From assembly GCA_973895155.1 (NCBI GenBank), contig OZ316895.1, forward strand, positions 3,087,659 through 3,151,658: a stretch of 64,000 bases of DNA, read 5' to 3'. Made by a program: the position numbers and the translations under genes. The DNA comes from Marsupella aquatica (taxonomy: Eukaryota > Plantae > Marchantiophyta). Each line of letters opens with the position of its first letter. The first letter of the stretch is position 1. Positions 50,916-64,000 of the stretch are shown one piece after another. The notes beneath the pieces are model-generated. The model had not been told where the DNA came from. It worked only from the letters and a program-made list of their open reading frames with translations, and searched no databases.

Positions 50916-51079
50916 ACGTTACTGATTCTATCATGCAATATTCATTTGAAGCTGCACGCAACAGGCAACGACATGGCAGCTCCCTTGAGAGGCTTGTACG
51001 TTACTGATTCTATCATGCAATATTCATTTGAAGCTGCACGCAACAGGCAACGACATGGCAGCTCCCTTGAGAGGCTTGT
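50916..51079. repeat. Tandem duplication, 2 x 82 bp
   Basis: acgttactgattctatc..gagaggcttgt at 50916 and 50998, apparently identical. Confidence 0.93.
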
Positions 51080-51202
51080 TTTACGCACTGTTGCCACGAA
51101 ACAAAAGAAAAAAACATTCAAAGCGTGATCTCCACATCTTGGGTTTTGTGTCCTCTACAATGCAATACACTTCGATTGTGAGATACTGTCCGATTTTAAC
51201 CT

Positions 51203-51430
51203 TCTTTTTTTGCCTCGAAAAAACCAAAAGAATTCCATTCATTTAGTCAGCATACAAAAAAGGGGGCCACCAAAGAGGAGCACCCACCCAGGGGACCGAA
51301 GGTCAGTGTGCCGGGACCGGTGAAGCTGGAACCAGGTAAGAAGCTGGCCTCTGAAAGGCAAACCAAACAAGCTATTTGGAGACTACACAGGAGCAGCATG
51401 CTCCCAAAGACCGGCCAGTGGTTGAGGACC
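51203..51430 (-). mobile_element. Second diverged copy of the 50547-50829 retroposon family
   Basis: tttttgcctc.aaaaaaccaaa.gaattccattca..cagcatacaaaaa..aaagaccggccagtg shared with the first copy; no clear TSD. Confidence 0.78.
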
Positions 51431-52312
51431 GACGTTATTTTCTGAGAAGGGGAATGGGTAAGTACTCTATCAGGGGGGTTTAGGCATGAAGGGACATCGA
51501 AGAGCCTGTGCTATATGTACCTCGATGTTTGCTCCCATCGCTCCCAAATCCCAAGTGTTCTCGGAAGGGTTGAGGATTCAGGTTTTCAAATTTTCAAATT
51601 TTCATGTCGGAATTGGAACGTTCCTGTGTTAATAGTTCGTTGTCGAGAACAGGATCTACTTTTACTGCAATGGAAAGAAAGAGCGATTGCTTGAGTTTCC
51701 ATTTAGCTTCGAAATTTTATTTCGCAACAATGGCTCACGGGAGTCCCACAGCAAATTCCCCGCTTGAAACTGTACAGAACTCATTCTTCAATGATATTCA
51801 GAAAAGAAAGCCTTGCCATACAAATCTCAATTACACCATACTAGACCTTTGTAACAAAGGCTCACAATCTTTACATTGTTTTACCAATTGTATGATATAA
51901 TTTAGCATGTAAGGTAATCAAATTTTTTGTGTAACGCTCTAAAATTCAATAGTGGTTTGTCATTTTTGGACTTCCGTTGACAAAGCTGGCTTTGAAAGTG
52001 GTAATTGTGAATCTTGATTGTTGAGGTTTCCAGTCTATTAGAGACAATTGCCATCTTTCCATCTTTAATGCCTAGGGATTGTGAAGCCCCCAATTCTAAA
52101 TCAGGATTGGAAACTTCAGTGGGGTTTTGTAAATTGATGTGTCTTGCAGACGTAGTCTACACCAATATGACAACATTCTTTTCGCTACTGGAGTGGCATT
52201 AATTCTCCCTTGAGCAATTACTCTGATAATTGGCGGGAATAAGATAACTCCTTCAATTACTCAAGGGAGAAATAAAACAAGGAATCAACTGAATGCTCTC
52301 CCGACCAATGCT

Positions 52313-55300
52313 CTAAACTATGTATGTGGACATATAACTTGTACCAGCAACGACTGCTACCCATTTGGGAAAGGAATCAAGAATCCGTTTAGTTTCCGTC
52401 TCGAGCTGTTGGTCAAGAACAGCCAAGTCAACCCTCAACGGAAGTCCACTGCTTGCCTGCACAACGAAATGAAGCGTCGAAATTTCCGTTAGAAGGTCTG
52501 CACTGTTTACTCTATTTAGGCCCTTTAAACCTGCTCAACATTTCTGTAGCTATGTGGGTCCCTTCCTCTTCCTCTTCCTCATCAGTGTAATTCCTAAAGA
52601 GTTCCCTAGATGACCGTTGTATGAAATAAAAGAGAGCATCTGAAAGCTCGACTGACATCAACAGAACCGTGCCCATTCAGCAGCATAGAGTTGATCTCAC
52701 CTCTAGCCAAAACCGCCAGGTTTTGTCAACAGTATGCCCAGATAACCGACATATGTATGATGGGGGACCTCCACCAGTACTTTCTGGGGCTGCAGTAACA
52801 CGACACAGCTTTAAGAATATTGTCTGGTCAAAACCATGATCGTTTATATTTATACACACAGCATTGTTCTAAAGGCACCCTAACATCAACTAATGTACCT
52901 CTACCTACTAAGCTAACTTATGATCATTCACTCAGAACATGATAGTGATCATAAGAGCAGAAAAGCATATGATGACAACAGCTTGTGAAATGTCAATCCA
53001 TTACAGCTAAAAAACAAACCTTCAAAATTATCTCTGAACGAACAAGGAAAATCATAATACCTGGGAGCGTCTGGTCTGCAAATGACCAACTTGATAAATG
53101 TCCCGTAATATTCATGGCAGCTCCCCAGACAGCTTGCAGGTCCCTGCAAGCACGAATTATGCTCAGGGAGGAAACCAACGATGCACTTGAAAGGATTATT
53201 GGGTATGACCTTGTCCACTATAGCCCGCCAGGAATGAACGACAATTGATTGTACAGTTCACAGACTGTTGGGGTTGAACAAGATGGCGAAAGAGCAAAGG
53301 AAAAAAAAAAAAACTGAAAGCTAGGAGAACTCCGACCTGGTGCAGTGAAGGGATTGTACAAAACGATTGCTTCTCCTAGTACAAAGCAAATGATATTCCT
53401 TGCAAGGACCTGGCCTGGTCTCCACAGGCAGGGAAATTTTCACTGACTACGGAAAGCTGCTGAAAGTGAAGCAGAACAAGTTGATTGAATAAAGTATTTC
53501 CTACAGATAAACAGGAGTGACATCTGCCACTGTCTCCATAATTATGTAAGTGGAGGATGTCCCTCAGCTATTTTAGGATCGTTGCTGGGTTCACTGGACA
53601 ACTGCGCAGGCTGAAAGAACTGGACAAGTCATGGCCATAGACACTGATACCAATTGACTATTTGGAAACTTGAGGCCTAATAAACCATTCCTCATCACTA
53701 ATAGAGCCGAGCATAAGAATGTCGTAAGCCTGACTAAATTCAACGAGGCTGTGACTTGTAAACTTTGTCCATACCCAATATCAACTTCCACATAAATTCG
53801 TCGCATTTGGCTGCCTTCCTTCTCCTCTCCAATAACCAGGAGCTCTGGATATCTTCTAGATGAATCAGATGATACGGCCACGGGAACAGTTGTGCCACGA
53901 TTCAGTAATATTGTTATTGGATATAATGCCTGGAGAAACCGAATCTTTCGTAGTGTCAGCAAGACGTCCAAGGCAGAAAAACTAACTGTTATTCGTACTA
54001 CGAGCACCTTACACCGGAGGCGTATAGAAAAAGGGCCCAGAAGATGGGAACTGGGCAGCATCAGGTACAACATGTTTGACCAATATGAACGGAAATGTTC
54101 ACTTTAACAAGATTGGGCAATTTAAATCAATGATGAGCATGTGACAACAAATGACAACCATACCATGAAAGTAGACGAACTAAAATCAATGTCCTTTGCA
54201 CGCTGAGCGGAAGTCAAATGTAGATATTCTACGACGTTTGGAACATTCTTCCATATAAGTGAGTTAGGATTCGGATCTATGGAGGCAAAATCCAAGTTGG
54301 AACTCGCCACGGTACTTCTATCTGGTAAAAACAAAAGTGTGAGCATGGAAAGTGGACAACCAAGCATACTGAGCAATAAATTTGAGAACGAATTGTTCAA
54401 TACATATGCCAGCACCGGAAATGCAACTGTCTAAATCTGAACAAGTGAGTCTACAAACATCCGTACTTGCTAAGATCTTCCGACCGCTGCTGATTTGAGT
54501 TCAGAGTTCATGGTGGATTCATGCAAGACGTCCTAGTTCTTTTGAATTGAAGAAAACCAACTGGCAAAGCATTTACGCAGGAAGAGAATGACCTGTTGTA
54601 TGGACAGAATGTTGCAACACAAGTCTCTTCGGGAATTCATAGCTATAAGGAAATGCTCGAGATGACAGAGCTGCAGCCCCAATACTTATGTACAGCAGCA
54701 ACCGCACCAAATGAGCCATTCCAATCCATCTAGCAATGAGAGGGATAACAGGTCCAATAGACCATACTACCACCCCTCCTACAAGTGCTGCCATGATGAC
54801 ATCTGCTATATAGAATCCTGTATATACCGCGAAACTGAGATTTCAAACAAATGACATACACAGAATGCATTTAAAACTTCAAATTATAAATCAAAATTTC
54901 TTACACCGTGCTGCAAACAGATCAACTGAATGGCTCTAGCTTCCATTTCAACACGAAACATCTAGTTTGACATTCTTGCATTGTGATTGAAGGATCGTAC
55001 CAACGGGAAGGGGAACGGAGCCAGTCATGCCTGCCTTCTCTGCTATAAATTGTATGAGTATACCACCGAAATATATAGCGTATGCCATGGGCAAACATGC
55101 AGAAATGAGAAAGCCCATCATTGCTCTGCACAAAATTCACTCAGGTCAGCAGCCTAATTTCACATGCCAAGATGTTTAATAAATTCCCATTTTAGAACTA
55201 TGTAACATGCCACCCACCAACCAATTAGAATCAAACCATGAATTTCATAAATTTTGGACAATCTCTACAACAGACACTACCAAAACGTACTACTTAGTAC

Positions 55301-58300
55301 ATTTGTTTACATTTTCTGGATATCCACATACTTAGTCAAAGAAACATGCTTTTGACATTCTTGTAATTTCCGCAAAGGAGCAAATGGAATACTTGAACAG
55401 AAAGACGTGTGATCACACAACAGAATTTGCGGATATGACTTATCGGAAGCTAACAATTGCGGTAATGCTCTGAACTTGCTTCCAAAAGGATCAAAGATAG
55501 CTAGATTATTTATCTGTATGTTAGGTGCAACGAGGTGACAAGATTCGCTCATTCTCATGGTATTGGCACACAACTTTGTAACGATGCTTCAGGGTCGGGT
55601 TTTAACACTGCCCACGTACAAAAGAGACTGCTTCCCAAAAGCATGCTGTATAGCACGGCAGATTGAAAAGGCCGGTATCAAGAACATAGCCCATAAAAAC
55701 TCCAAATAACCAGATCCTCCGGAAAGAACTAGGGTCTGTCAACCAGTCATGATCATTAGTTCAGAAATCGGCTAGAAGTCCTCAGACTCCATTGCTATTC
55801 ACTCTTAGTAAAACTTTCCACGAATGAAATCAAGCTCGTAAGAACTACAACTACAACACTGACAAGACCCTGTGGGCATCTGCAATACAGTAGTATATGG
55901 TCTTAAACTGTCATAGAATAGACGATGGGTTGTCCCGGCACAAGTTGAGCACAGGATTAATATCTTCCTCAAATCCGATCAGAGAAGAGACCACAAAGGC
56001 AGAGAGGGAACAAAAACATACCGCACTGACGACAGCTTCAAGTGCCACAGAACCCCAATGGCCACCCCAGTCAATAGTTTCCTGTGGCCACACAATAATT
56101 TTACAAGAGGCCTATATAACTTGGAATCTGAGCCAGATAATGCAGCAACCAAAAGATGAGAGCGACTAGCAGGGGCACTTGTTAGAGTTCCCGAACTTGA
56201 CCCAGAATTACTCGAAGGATTTTAAAGACAGCAACTAAAAGAGAAAATGAAATGAACGGGAAGTTTCAACAATTGACTCGCAAGATCCACAATGCTTGAG
56301 AGGTTCACAGTAACTACTCGATGTGATAACCGACTGAACAACTGAAGGACGTACAACAAACAAACGACTTGGTTCCTAATTAAATCTACAAATGCAAAAT
56401 GCACCAGTGTATTATGGTGCACCTGCTTGACACCAGACCTCCGCAGTGTATCTCTCCATATAACCCGTGGGATTAGCAGACCCGCCAAAGAACTTGGGAC
56501 AAATAAGAAGAGTGCAATCCACGGTCGAGAAAACCTGTAAATGTAACATCTTTTTGCTTAGCAGTGAAAACGAGCTCAAAAAGTCAATATGTCACAATGC
56601 CATCAAAGAATAGCCATATTTCGCCCGAAATCCAATCTCAGGCAAGGATACTGAGTAACTATGATAGTTCCAGCAGATAGACCGATCCTACAAATTTGAT
56701 TATTTCTTTTTTCCCAAACCTTCACTTAAACTGCTGCATTCAATGACGCCTAATCCTGCATTGTAAGAATGATCTGAGAGCATATCACAGGTAGAGGAAA
56801 CGGTAAAGCCCAAAGACTAAACCTTGATCATTCGGTTGACAATTCACATCATCTACGGACATTCATCGCTCATAATCTTCGATGGTAATGATCAAAAGTC
56901 ATCACCAGATAAAGCAAAAGCTTGTTAACTGCATTCATGCGGACACCATCTGCAAGAAGACTTAACTTCCGAAGACAGAATCAAGGACCCAGTTTTTAAG
57001 GTGAAGGCTGATGGGTTCAAGAAGTTCTAATCATGCCAACCAAGGTCATTTCATACCAGGTTAATGCTGTACTGGATACTGATAAGCGCAATATTGCAAG
57101 GCCCACAGGAAAAGCTAAGCCCAGCGCCACTCCGACAACCTGCACCGCGAACCCTGCGCAGGGATTAAAATATGTTAGACAGTATTCAAATACTTTTTGG
57201 GGAACTTCACCAAGACAGATACTGACTGAGTAATCGTCAGTCAGGAATGCGGGATTGGTGCCAGTTGTAAATTTTCTTCCTCGAGGACTGTGATCGGGCA
57301 ACAAAAAACTTCCTCTGTATTAAGACAAACCGTGTCAAGTGAAATGAGGCCAACTACGCCTTTTTCGGTCTCAGGCACATTACAGCTCTTTACGTAGATA
57401 AATCTTTGCTCAAAGAGAAGAAGTCAGGACAAGTTGTATTGTACCTTGAAGAAGATAGTAGACTCTGGCACGTACAGTTGGAAGACCCGACGCTGACGGA
57501 GATGTCAGACCCGGGGCAAGAAAAACAAATGCCAAGGGTAAGAGATGGAGTGCTGCTGCAACTTTGTGAGGATAATATACCTGCCAAGAAGTGCATTTAA
57601 AAATACGTTAGGAATCTCAATTGGCTGGATGCTCAATCTCACACAGGCTTAAACGTGGCATCGGTACTACCCCACCCACGATCCTAAATCCACCTTAGAC
57701 AAACCCCCCTTGCATTATAAGTAGCCTTAGCTCCAATCCACAGCGTTGTTATGAGAGGAATCCAATCCTCAAACAAACCCTCCCGATGAATAGGTGTAGC
57801 AGAGCAAATTTGTACCATCCATTTTCCCCAGATGTCAAAGAAGACCGGACGATGTTCCACAGGCTCGCCTTGCCTTGCCTTCCTCTCTTCTGCTCGTGCA
57901 AGAGATCCTTTCAGCTCTGGTGCTGTTGTAAACCCTCTCAAGATTGCGATCAAATTGTCACCCCGAGCTTGCAGAGCTCCCGGTCTAAACCAATACATCC
58001 AACGCAGATTAGCAGACCAGCTACAATTATCAAGTACAAACAATTGTGAGTTATGAGAAACCTCTGTAAAGAGCTGAAAAACAGCGTAGCCTCGATATGA
58101 TGCCGGAACAAGACTTACACAATGAATTCTGGCAGGTCATATGGTGTGTGGTACACAGTGCCCTTAAGAATCCAGACAATGTCCAAGCCAGGAATATCCC
58201 CAAAATCGTGGGAGAACATCCGGTAGTCTGTGTCTCCAGGTATGAGTGGGAATATATCCTGATGAAAGCAATTAAAGATCGAAGTCAGGAATTTCAGTAT

Positions 58301-61300
58301 GTACCTCGAACTTCTCACGCTCCTCATCCTAAAACCTTAACGAGGACTAAAACAAGTTCATGCGAGAGTCAAGTCTACATGCCCACATGTAGATCAGGTC
58401 TAAAGATGAATAAAATGTAAGCAAACTCCCCCCATTAGAATTCAAAAGTGTAGAATATCAAGAGCGCGGTGTTTGTTATATACTGCGGAAGAAAATACCT
58501 ATTTAATTGATTTGGACTTCCTACATCTTGTACATGCGGTTAGTAGCAACGAGAACTTGCCTGGGCCACAGAATTTGCCATAGGATGAACTGCTGACTCG
58601 TAATACACGCGCGAAGGCCAGGAGCCAGGCCCCGACTGCACAACAAGATCTGAAATGACATATCAAAACTCATGCATCAAAAAGGAGTTCTGTCAGGTCA
58701 CATGGAGCTTTGACATGACAGGAAATGTGCCGTACTTAATCTCCCAATAGACACAAACCAATCACGTATCACAAGTTTCAATACCATCAAGCGTAACTTG
58801 ATCAGTAAAGCCGTGCCTGGAAAAAGCGTCATTCTTGCCCCCAGAATTGAGTCACCAAAATAGTTGGCAGATACAAGACAAGAGCTTTAACGAGAGTCAA
58901 TCTGCGTGCTATTATTCTGGACCGTTGGATCGGACATGCTCTTGCAAGGCTTTTCTCCTACGAAATTCCAATGACCAACTTTGAAGATCAAACTATGAAA
59001 CAAAGTTAAGCGTTCTTAAAAAAGCCCTGCGACTAGACATTACATCATAAGATCGTCTCAGTAGTTCCAGGATAGTTAAAATTGTTACTGATTTGAAAGG
59101 CTGTATACTCGGACATGCAAGATTCAACCTCATCTCTTTTAACATCAGATGAAATCATATGACCTCTCATATTAACGGCTAAATATCAGACAACCGCTAA
59201 TACTTGAAAACACCTCACCTGGCCCACAGGCACCCGAAGCTTCAACATTGATAGCTGCGCCAATGGATGCCCGCCACTTGTGCGTTGTTATGAAACCATG
59301 ACTTGCCTGGTAAACTAGCACGCTCATGTCATAAGACAAGAATTTTTGAAATCAAATAAGAAATAGGACTTTTTGAAACTAGCAAGCACTCAAGTGAACG
59401 AAAGTTGGAAACTGAACATGCCGAGGACACTACACTCATAGACGTCGAAGAACGTGAGCTCAAATAGCTGACTATTCTATTTCCCAGAAATTCCGCTCAG
59501 GATGCATTTCAAGTTGATCCATCCGCTTAGCAACAAACAGTCAAGTCCAAATGTTATATCCAACATTAGGGTAGAAGATACTTGATTGAGCACATCCTTG
59601 ACTGTCGGGATAGTCACACTTTGAAACTGAGGAGTTTGCGTAGAAGAACGAATTTGATTAAGGGTCTCACCAAGAGAAAAAGTTCCTCAGCACCATTGAA
59701 AAGGAAAATGACTGGAGCCGGTGGCACCCACTCCGTGTCAATTAACTGGCGCAGAGTCTCCAGAAGTGAAGCTGTGGAAATTGGGCACAATTAAACCAAT
59801 TAGTAACGGGAAAACAGAAGGATTGGATACAGAGTTATTGTTTAAAAACGCAAATAGTGCCGTGTAAAAGAGAGCTAGATTGCTGAGTGGACATCACAAT
59901 GCAACCTAACGAGTGCCAAAGGGATTAACCTATACCGAGAGAGACTTGTGACACTGTGAATCGTACCAACACATCCAGCACAATCAGAAGCGCCAGGGGA
60001 ACCCAAAGGGGCATCATAATGCGCATTAAAGAGAACAGCTGCAGCGTCCTCGGGAGCATCTTTTGCTGCAACCCTGCACATAAGCCCACACGGAGTAAGG
60101 AATCTTCTACGAATTCTACAAGCTCTTGCGAATGTGTCTTCCTACGCTAGACTATGCACTGAAGGAATAACTCCTCTAAATGCGCCCGCTCGATTACCAG
60201 AAATCCTACCTTATGGCAACATTCAGATGATTCCTGTAGGTGAAGCTGAGGCTGTGCTTCAAGATCCGAAGATTAAATGAACCATTTACAAAAGACTCAT
60301 CGATGTCAACCCTGCAACGTGAATCAAAATACGATGTCCCACAATTGAGCCTAATCACCAAGCAGACGTACATTGCAGAAACACAAAAATTGGAAAATTG
60401 CCAAAGGAATAGCGCGATATCACAGATCTCCCTCTGTTCTCTATCTCATCGGGGAGTCAATTAATTTTCATCTGTCTAGTCCACCTCCAAATAACACATA
60501 AATCTATTGTGAGCAAAAGAGCCTCACTTAACGTACTTGATTTTGGGACTTGCTCTTGCCTTCATTGACTTTAATTCATCCACTATGTAATTCGTTGCGT
60601 CAGATAGTCCTCGAGTTCCTTCCTGCACAGTAGACCTGTAAGCACTGGGCGACGCCGATAGGGCAAATAATGTACAAAGAAAGGGAGAAAACTAGCAACA
60701 GTGCCGGACGAAATTCATGGACAGCTCGTTACTTGCTCACAATGAAGAAAAACGTGGCGATGTTACTGCCGGACATCGTATTTGGGAAGCAGCCAGAACC
60801 CCAGAATTACTTCGCATTAATCCATACCTCAATAAACGAGCTGGAAATTTAAAAAACAAGCATATCCTACACTGGAAACTATAGCTCAAAGACTGATTTC
60901 TACGAACGAATGATCTCCAAACGAAAGAGCTATTTTACGACGTGTATCACCAAATTGCTCCTCAGAATTTAACTTTACAGTGAACTAAAGAAGAATCTAG
61001 ATTTGGGAGCCAATTCAACGCGCATGCAAAACTAAAGGGACAACGAACGAATGACGACCGAAAAGTCCGAGGTACAAGAAACACCTTTGATCAACAAATA
61101 CAGCACTCCTGCAGAGCAACCACTGAACCTATGACAAAATTCAAAAGGGGGGAGGAGTGCACCTGCCGACCGAATCCAGCTAAGGCCAGGATGTGACTCA
61201 TAGCCCTTCCTTCCGAAAATCTGTCCAGAGGTGCCGTGCTGTCGAGAGGCACCACGAATTGCATGTTCATCGACTTATAAGCGAGTATAGAAAAGCATCC

Positions 61301-61498
61301 ACACAGGACTACCAATATCAACAACCCCGCCAAAGCTACATCCAGCGTAGGTCCAGTAGCCGCAGCGGCCACAATTTTTTTCTCATCCTCTTCCTGATTC
61401 CTTTCTGCAACGGAAGAGGTCTCGGGTGAATCCCCAGCATCGCCACCACCTGATGAATCTGGCACCCTCGACACACCACTCGACGAGTGTCGCTTCAT
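52313..61498 (-). CDS. Endoplasmic reticulum metallopeptidase 1-like (peptidase M28, multi-pass), about 20 exons; 5' exons 61498-61163, 60622-60537, 60311-60210, 60073-59967, 59771-59671, 59305-59219, 58649-58561, ~58258-58120; last exon ~52456-52313
   Basis: DRFSEGRAM, NAHYD, PGASD, NGAEE, INVEASG, PGDTDYRMF and YHT motifs (M28 Zn ligands present), TM-rich middle, FPKRLVLQH and C-terminal LRVDLAVLDQ..FPKWV. Middle exons not all resolved; first ATG 61498 (track start 61558 is GTG). Confidence 0.9.
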
Positions 61499-62385
61499 TG
61501 TAGATGACCGCCGTGGGACAGACGCACCGCGCCCTCCCCTTGCTTCAGGATTCAGCACTCCCTTCCCCGCATCGACTGCGCTTCAACTAAATTTAGCAAA
61601 TCATCAACGAGACAATGCCTCCTTCCCTCGTTTGCAACAATTCAAATTTCTCTCGGATTTGGCTGACTGATGCTCTCTATTCAGAACTCACGCAAAAGCG
61701 AGAATGTAATGACCTCTAAGTACTTTACTCCTCCTCTGCATGCGACGCTCTTTCTCTTTTCGGTCTTGCACACAGCTTTTTCTGAAAAGTAGAACGGAGA
61801 CCACTATGATGGCAGATGTTTTGAGATTGCAATCGAACCAAAACAATTTCCCTCCACGACTCTTTCGGCCGAGACGGACCTTCCTGCTCAAGAAGCGGCA
61901 TCGACAGCCTTGGGCTCATCACTCCGTCACCAAAAGCTGCTCCTCTGCCTCACTCTCGTCACTCTACCCCTTACTTTACACTACACTGTAAGCGAAACGT
62001 CTCACGTTATGTGGGGTCGGGATTGACGGTCTCACTCTGCCCATGGCGACAGAAGGCAGAGCCTCCGTCGTCGATCATGCTGACACTGTAGGGTTGTAGA
62101 CCAGATGCGACTGTAATTTACCTTCGCGGAGGGCTCAGCTAACAAAGCAGGTTTCGCGACAATATATCTCGATTATTTTAATCCATCTCCAAGTACAACC
62201 CCAAGAACCTGTTGGGGGGGGGGGCATCCACCAGTCTGTGTGCTCCGTCAATTGTTTATTGGAGTGTGTGTGATGAAGTGAAATTGTTTTATTGGAGCAA
62301 ATGAAATAAAGTGGTAAATGTTTTATTTATGCAAAATAGTTTTATGATATTATATTTGATCTACCTAACAATGTCTATTTTCCCT

Positions 62386-63232
62386 CTAGGTGGCATTGTA
62401 CTTGTGCTTCAAAGAAGTGCCCACTGTCGATGTCTCATCCCCGTTCGGAGCGGGGATGTCGGTGATGAGGCCTTCCTCCCTGCTCCACTGCAAACGATCG
62501 ATCAGCGTCTGTGCATGCTCTTTGGTCAAGCTGACCAGCATGTCGATAGACATCTTGAAGTCGTGTCTTAGCCTTGTCACCTGGGTCAGGTGTGCTCCCT
62601 TTGTATGTTGGATGTATTCATGTGTCACTTCCTTCTTGGTCAGCTGGTCTTCATCGAAAGGGACTGCCATGAACCTGAGGACCTTGTTCTGCACTCCTGT
62701 GTTTCAATTTGTGGTTGAGTTAGTACGTTATTGTTCTTGAATGTTGTGAAATGGGTTTGAGTGGGATTCTAAGCTTGTTACCTGTCGCTGGTCTGTCATT
62801 GTAGAGTTCCTTGAAATTCTTTGAAGAATTTCTTGCGGTTGTCAATCAATTTTGACATGTCTCTTTTGCTGATGCCAGAGTCCCATTCCGAGGTCTCCAT
62901 TCTCATACCGTCTGCGTACTCAATCTGTTTGGTCGTGCGGACATTTTTCTCAGGACTGTAGTCCCTTGTAGGCAGCTCACGCATGATCAATCATGCCGGC
63001 TCGACTGCCGTCATGGGCTGTAGTGAAACAATGACAAAGTGTTAGTTGGTGTTAGTGTCATCGTCCCCTCCTCTTCATAGAATCTCAAATTCTGCAGCTC
63101 CCGTATTCACAGCCAGAATCCTGTCAATCGACGCAGAAGCGGATCTTATTAGAGTGGATACCCTCTTCCTTGTTCTGACTGACCATACCCTCTTCCGTGT
63201 TCCGCTTCTATCCTCTGCCTTGTTCTGGCCAT
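62386..63232 (-). pseudogene. Decayed intron-containing ORF, probably a DNA-transposon accessory protein
   Basis: Joining 62990-62781 (one frameshift) through a GT-AG intron to 62696-62386 gives LIDNRKKFFKEFKELYNDRPATGVQNKVLRFMAVPFDEDQ..KEHAQTLIDRLQW; stops upstream. Family assignment is only a loose resemblance to CACTA TnpA-type proteins. Confidence 0.4.
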
Positions 63233-64000
63233 TCCTCTACACCTCAAACAACAGAAAATGACGCTCAGGCTCTACACTACCCGACGCCAGGCTCTAAGAC
63301 ACCAACAGACGACACCAACAGACTTACATTACTTTCATTGGACTCCTCAACCAAGACATAACGCACTAGTCAATTAACAAGGAAACTTTTTCTTTACTTT
63401 TTTAATTTACTCAAAGAATGATTACTTTATTCTATGTTTTGAAAAAGACCAAAATGTAAATAAAACAGTTACAAGGAGCAGTTTTGCGTCAGTTTTTTAT
63501 CTTTTGATTTGCATGTCCTTTTTTTACATTCTCTTTTACGGCATGGCGTCCCAATTTTTACAGCAAAGTTGCCACAAACACGAATGCAAAAGTTAATTTT
63601 ATCCAAAAACAAGTTTGTTCTTGTTTGCAACGTGCCATGATGATGTGGCATGCTATGGAGCCAGGAATTAAAGCTAGAGCTAAAAAATGTGAGGACCCTC
63701 TCCCTCTATTGCATAACATATATTGATTACGCCACAAAGTAACGTGACCTCACCTTTGTCACATAACATATATTATTTTTCCTTCATTCTGGATCAACCG
63801 CCACCTCAAATGCAACAACCATCACCCACGTTAGGAGCAAAGCCCACATGCCTTAATTTGGTCACGGCTTCCAGAGTTCATGTCAGGAGCAAAGTCCATA
63901 CACCTTTGGTTGCAGCTTTCCGGAGTTATGAGGTCCTCGGTTTCTGGATTTGCGTCTAAAGTTACGAAAAAATTACGGGTTAAGTGTTAAGCCCATGGGC

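Overview
Eukaryotic land-plant genomic DNA (spliceosomal introns, PLS-DYW PPR remnant, bryophyte-like character; species not determinable). Five apparently intact genes were assembled by hand: an intronless TMEM45/DUF716-type membrane protein (-), an 8-exon ICU11/CUPULIFORMIS-like 2OG-Fe(II) dioxygenase with an 11-His tract (+), a 2-exon P/U-type cyclin (-), an 8-exon TIC32-like short-chain dehydrogenase (-) and a multi-exon M28/ERMP1-like metallopeptidase (-). The rest is mostly transposon-derived: a 5'-truncated LINE with an exact 13-bp TSD and a nested MITE, TSD-bounded short retroposons, long-TIR and MITE-like DNA elements, a decayed transposon-type ORF, an internally deleted PPR-DYW pseudogene and many tandem duplications. 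The most unusual signals are a train of related TIR elements joined by TA(C/T)TA spacers, a hairpin-flanked candidate 32-nt frameshifting exon in an ICU11-like intron, a stray copy of one ICU11-like exon 10 kb downstream, and a PPR-to-DYW fusion at a shared EGxxPD motif. No prokaryote-type system (CRISPR, operon) is supported. All family assignments rest on motif recognition from memory, not database searches.
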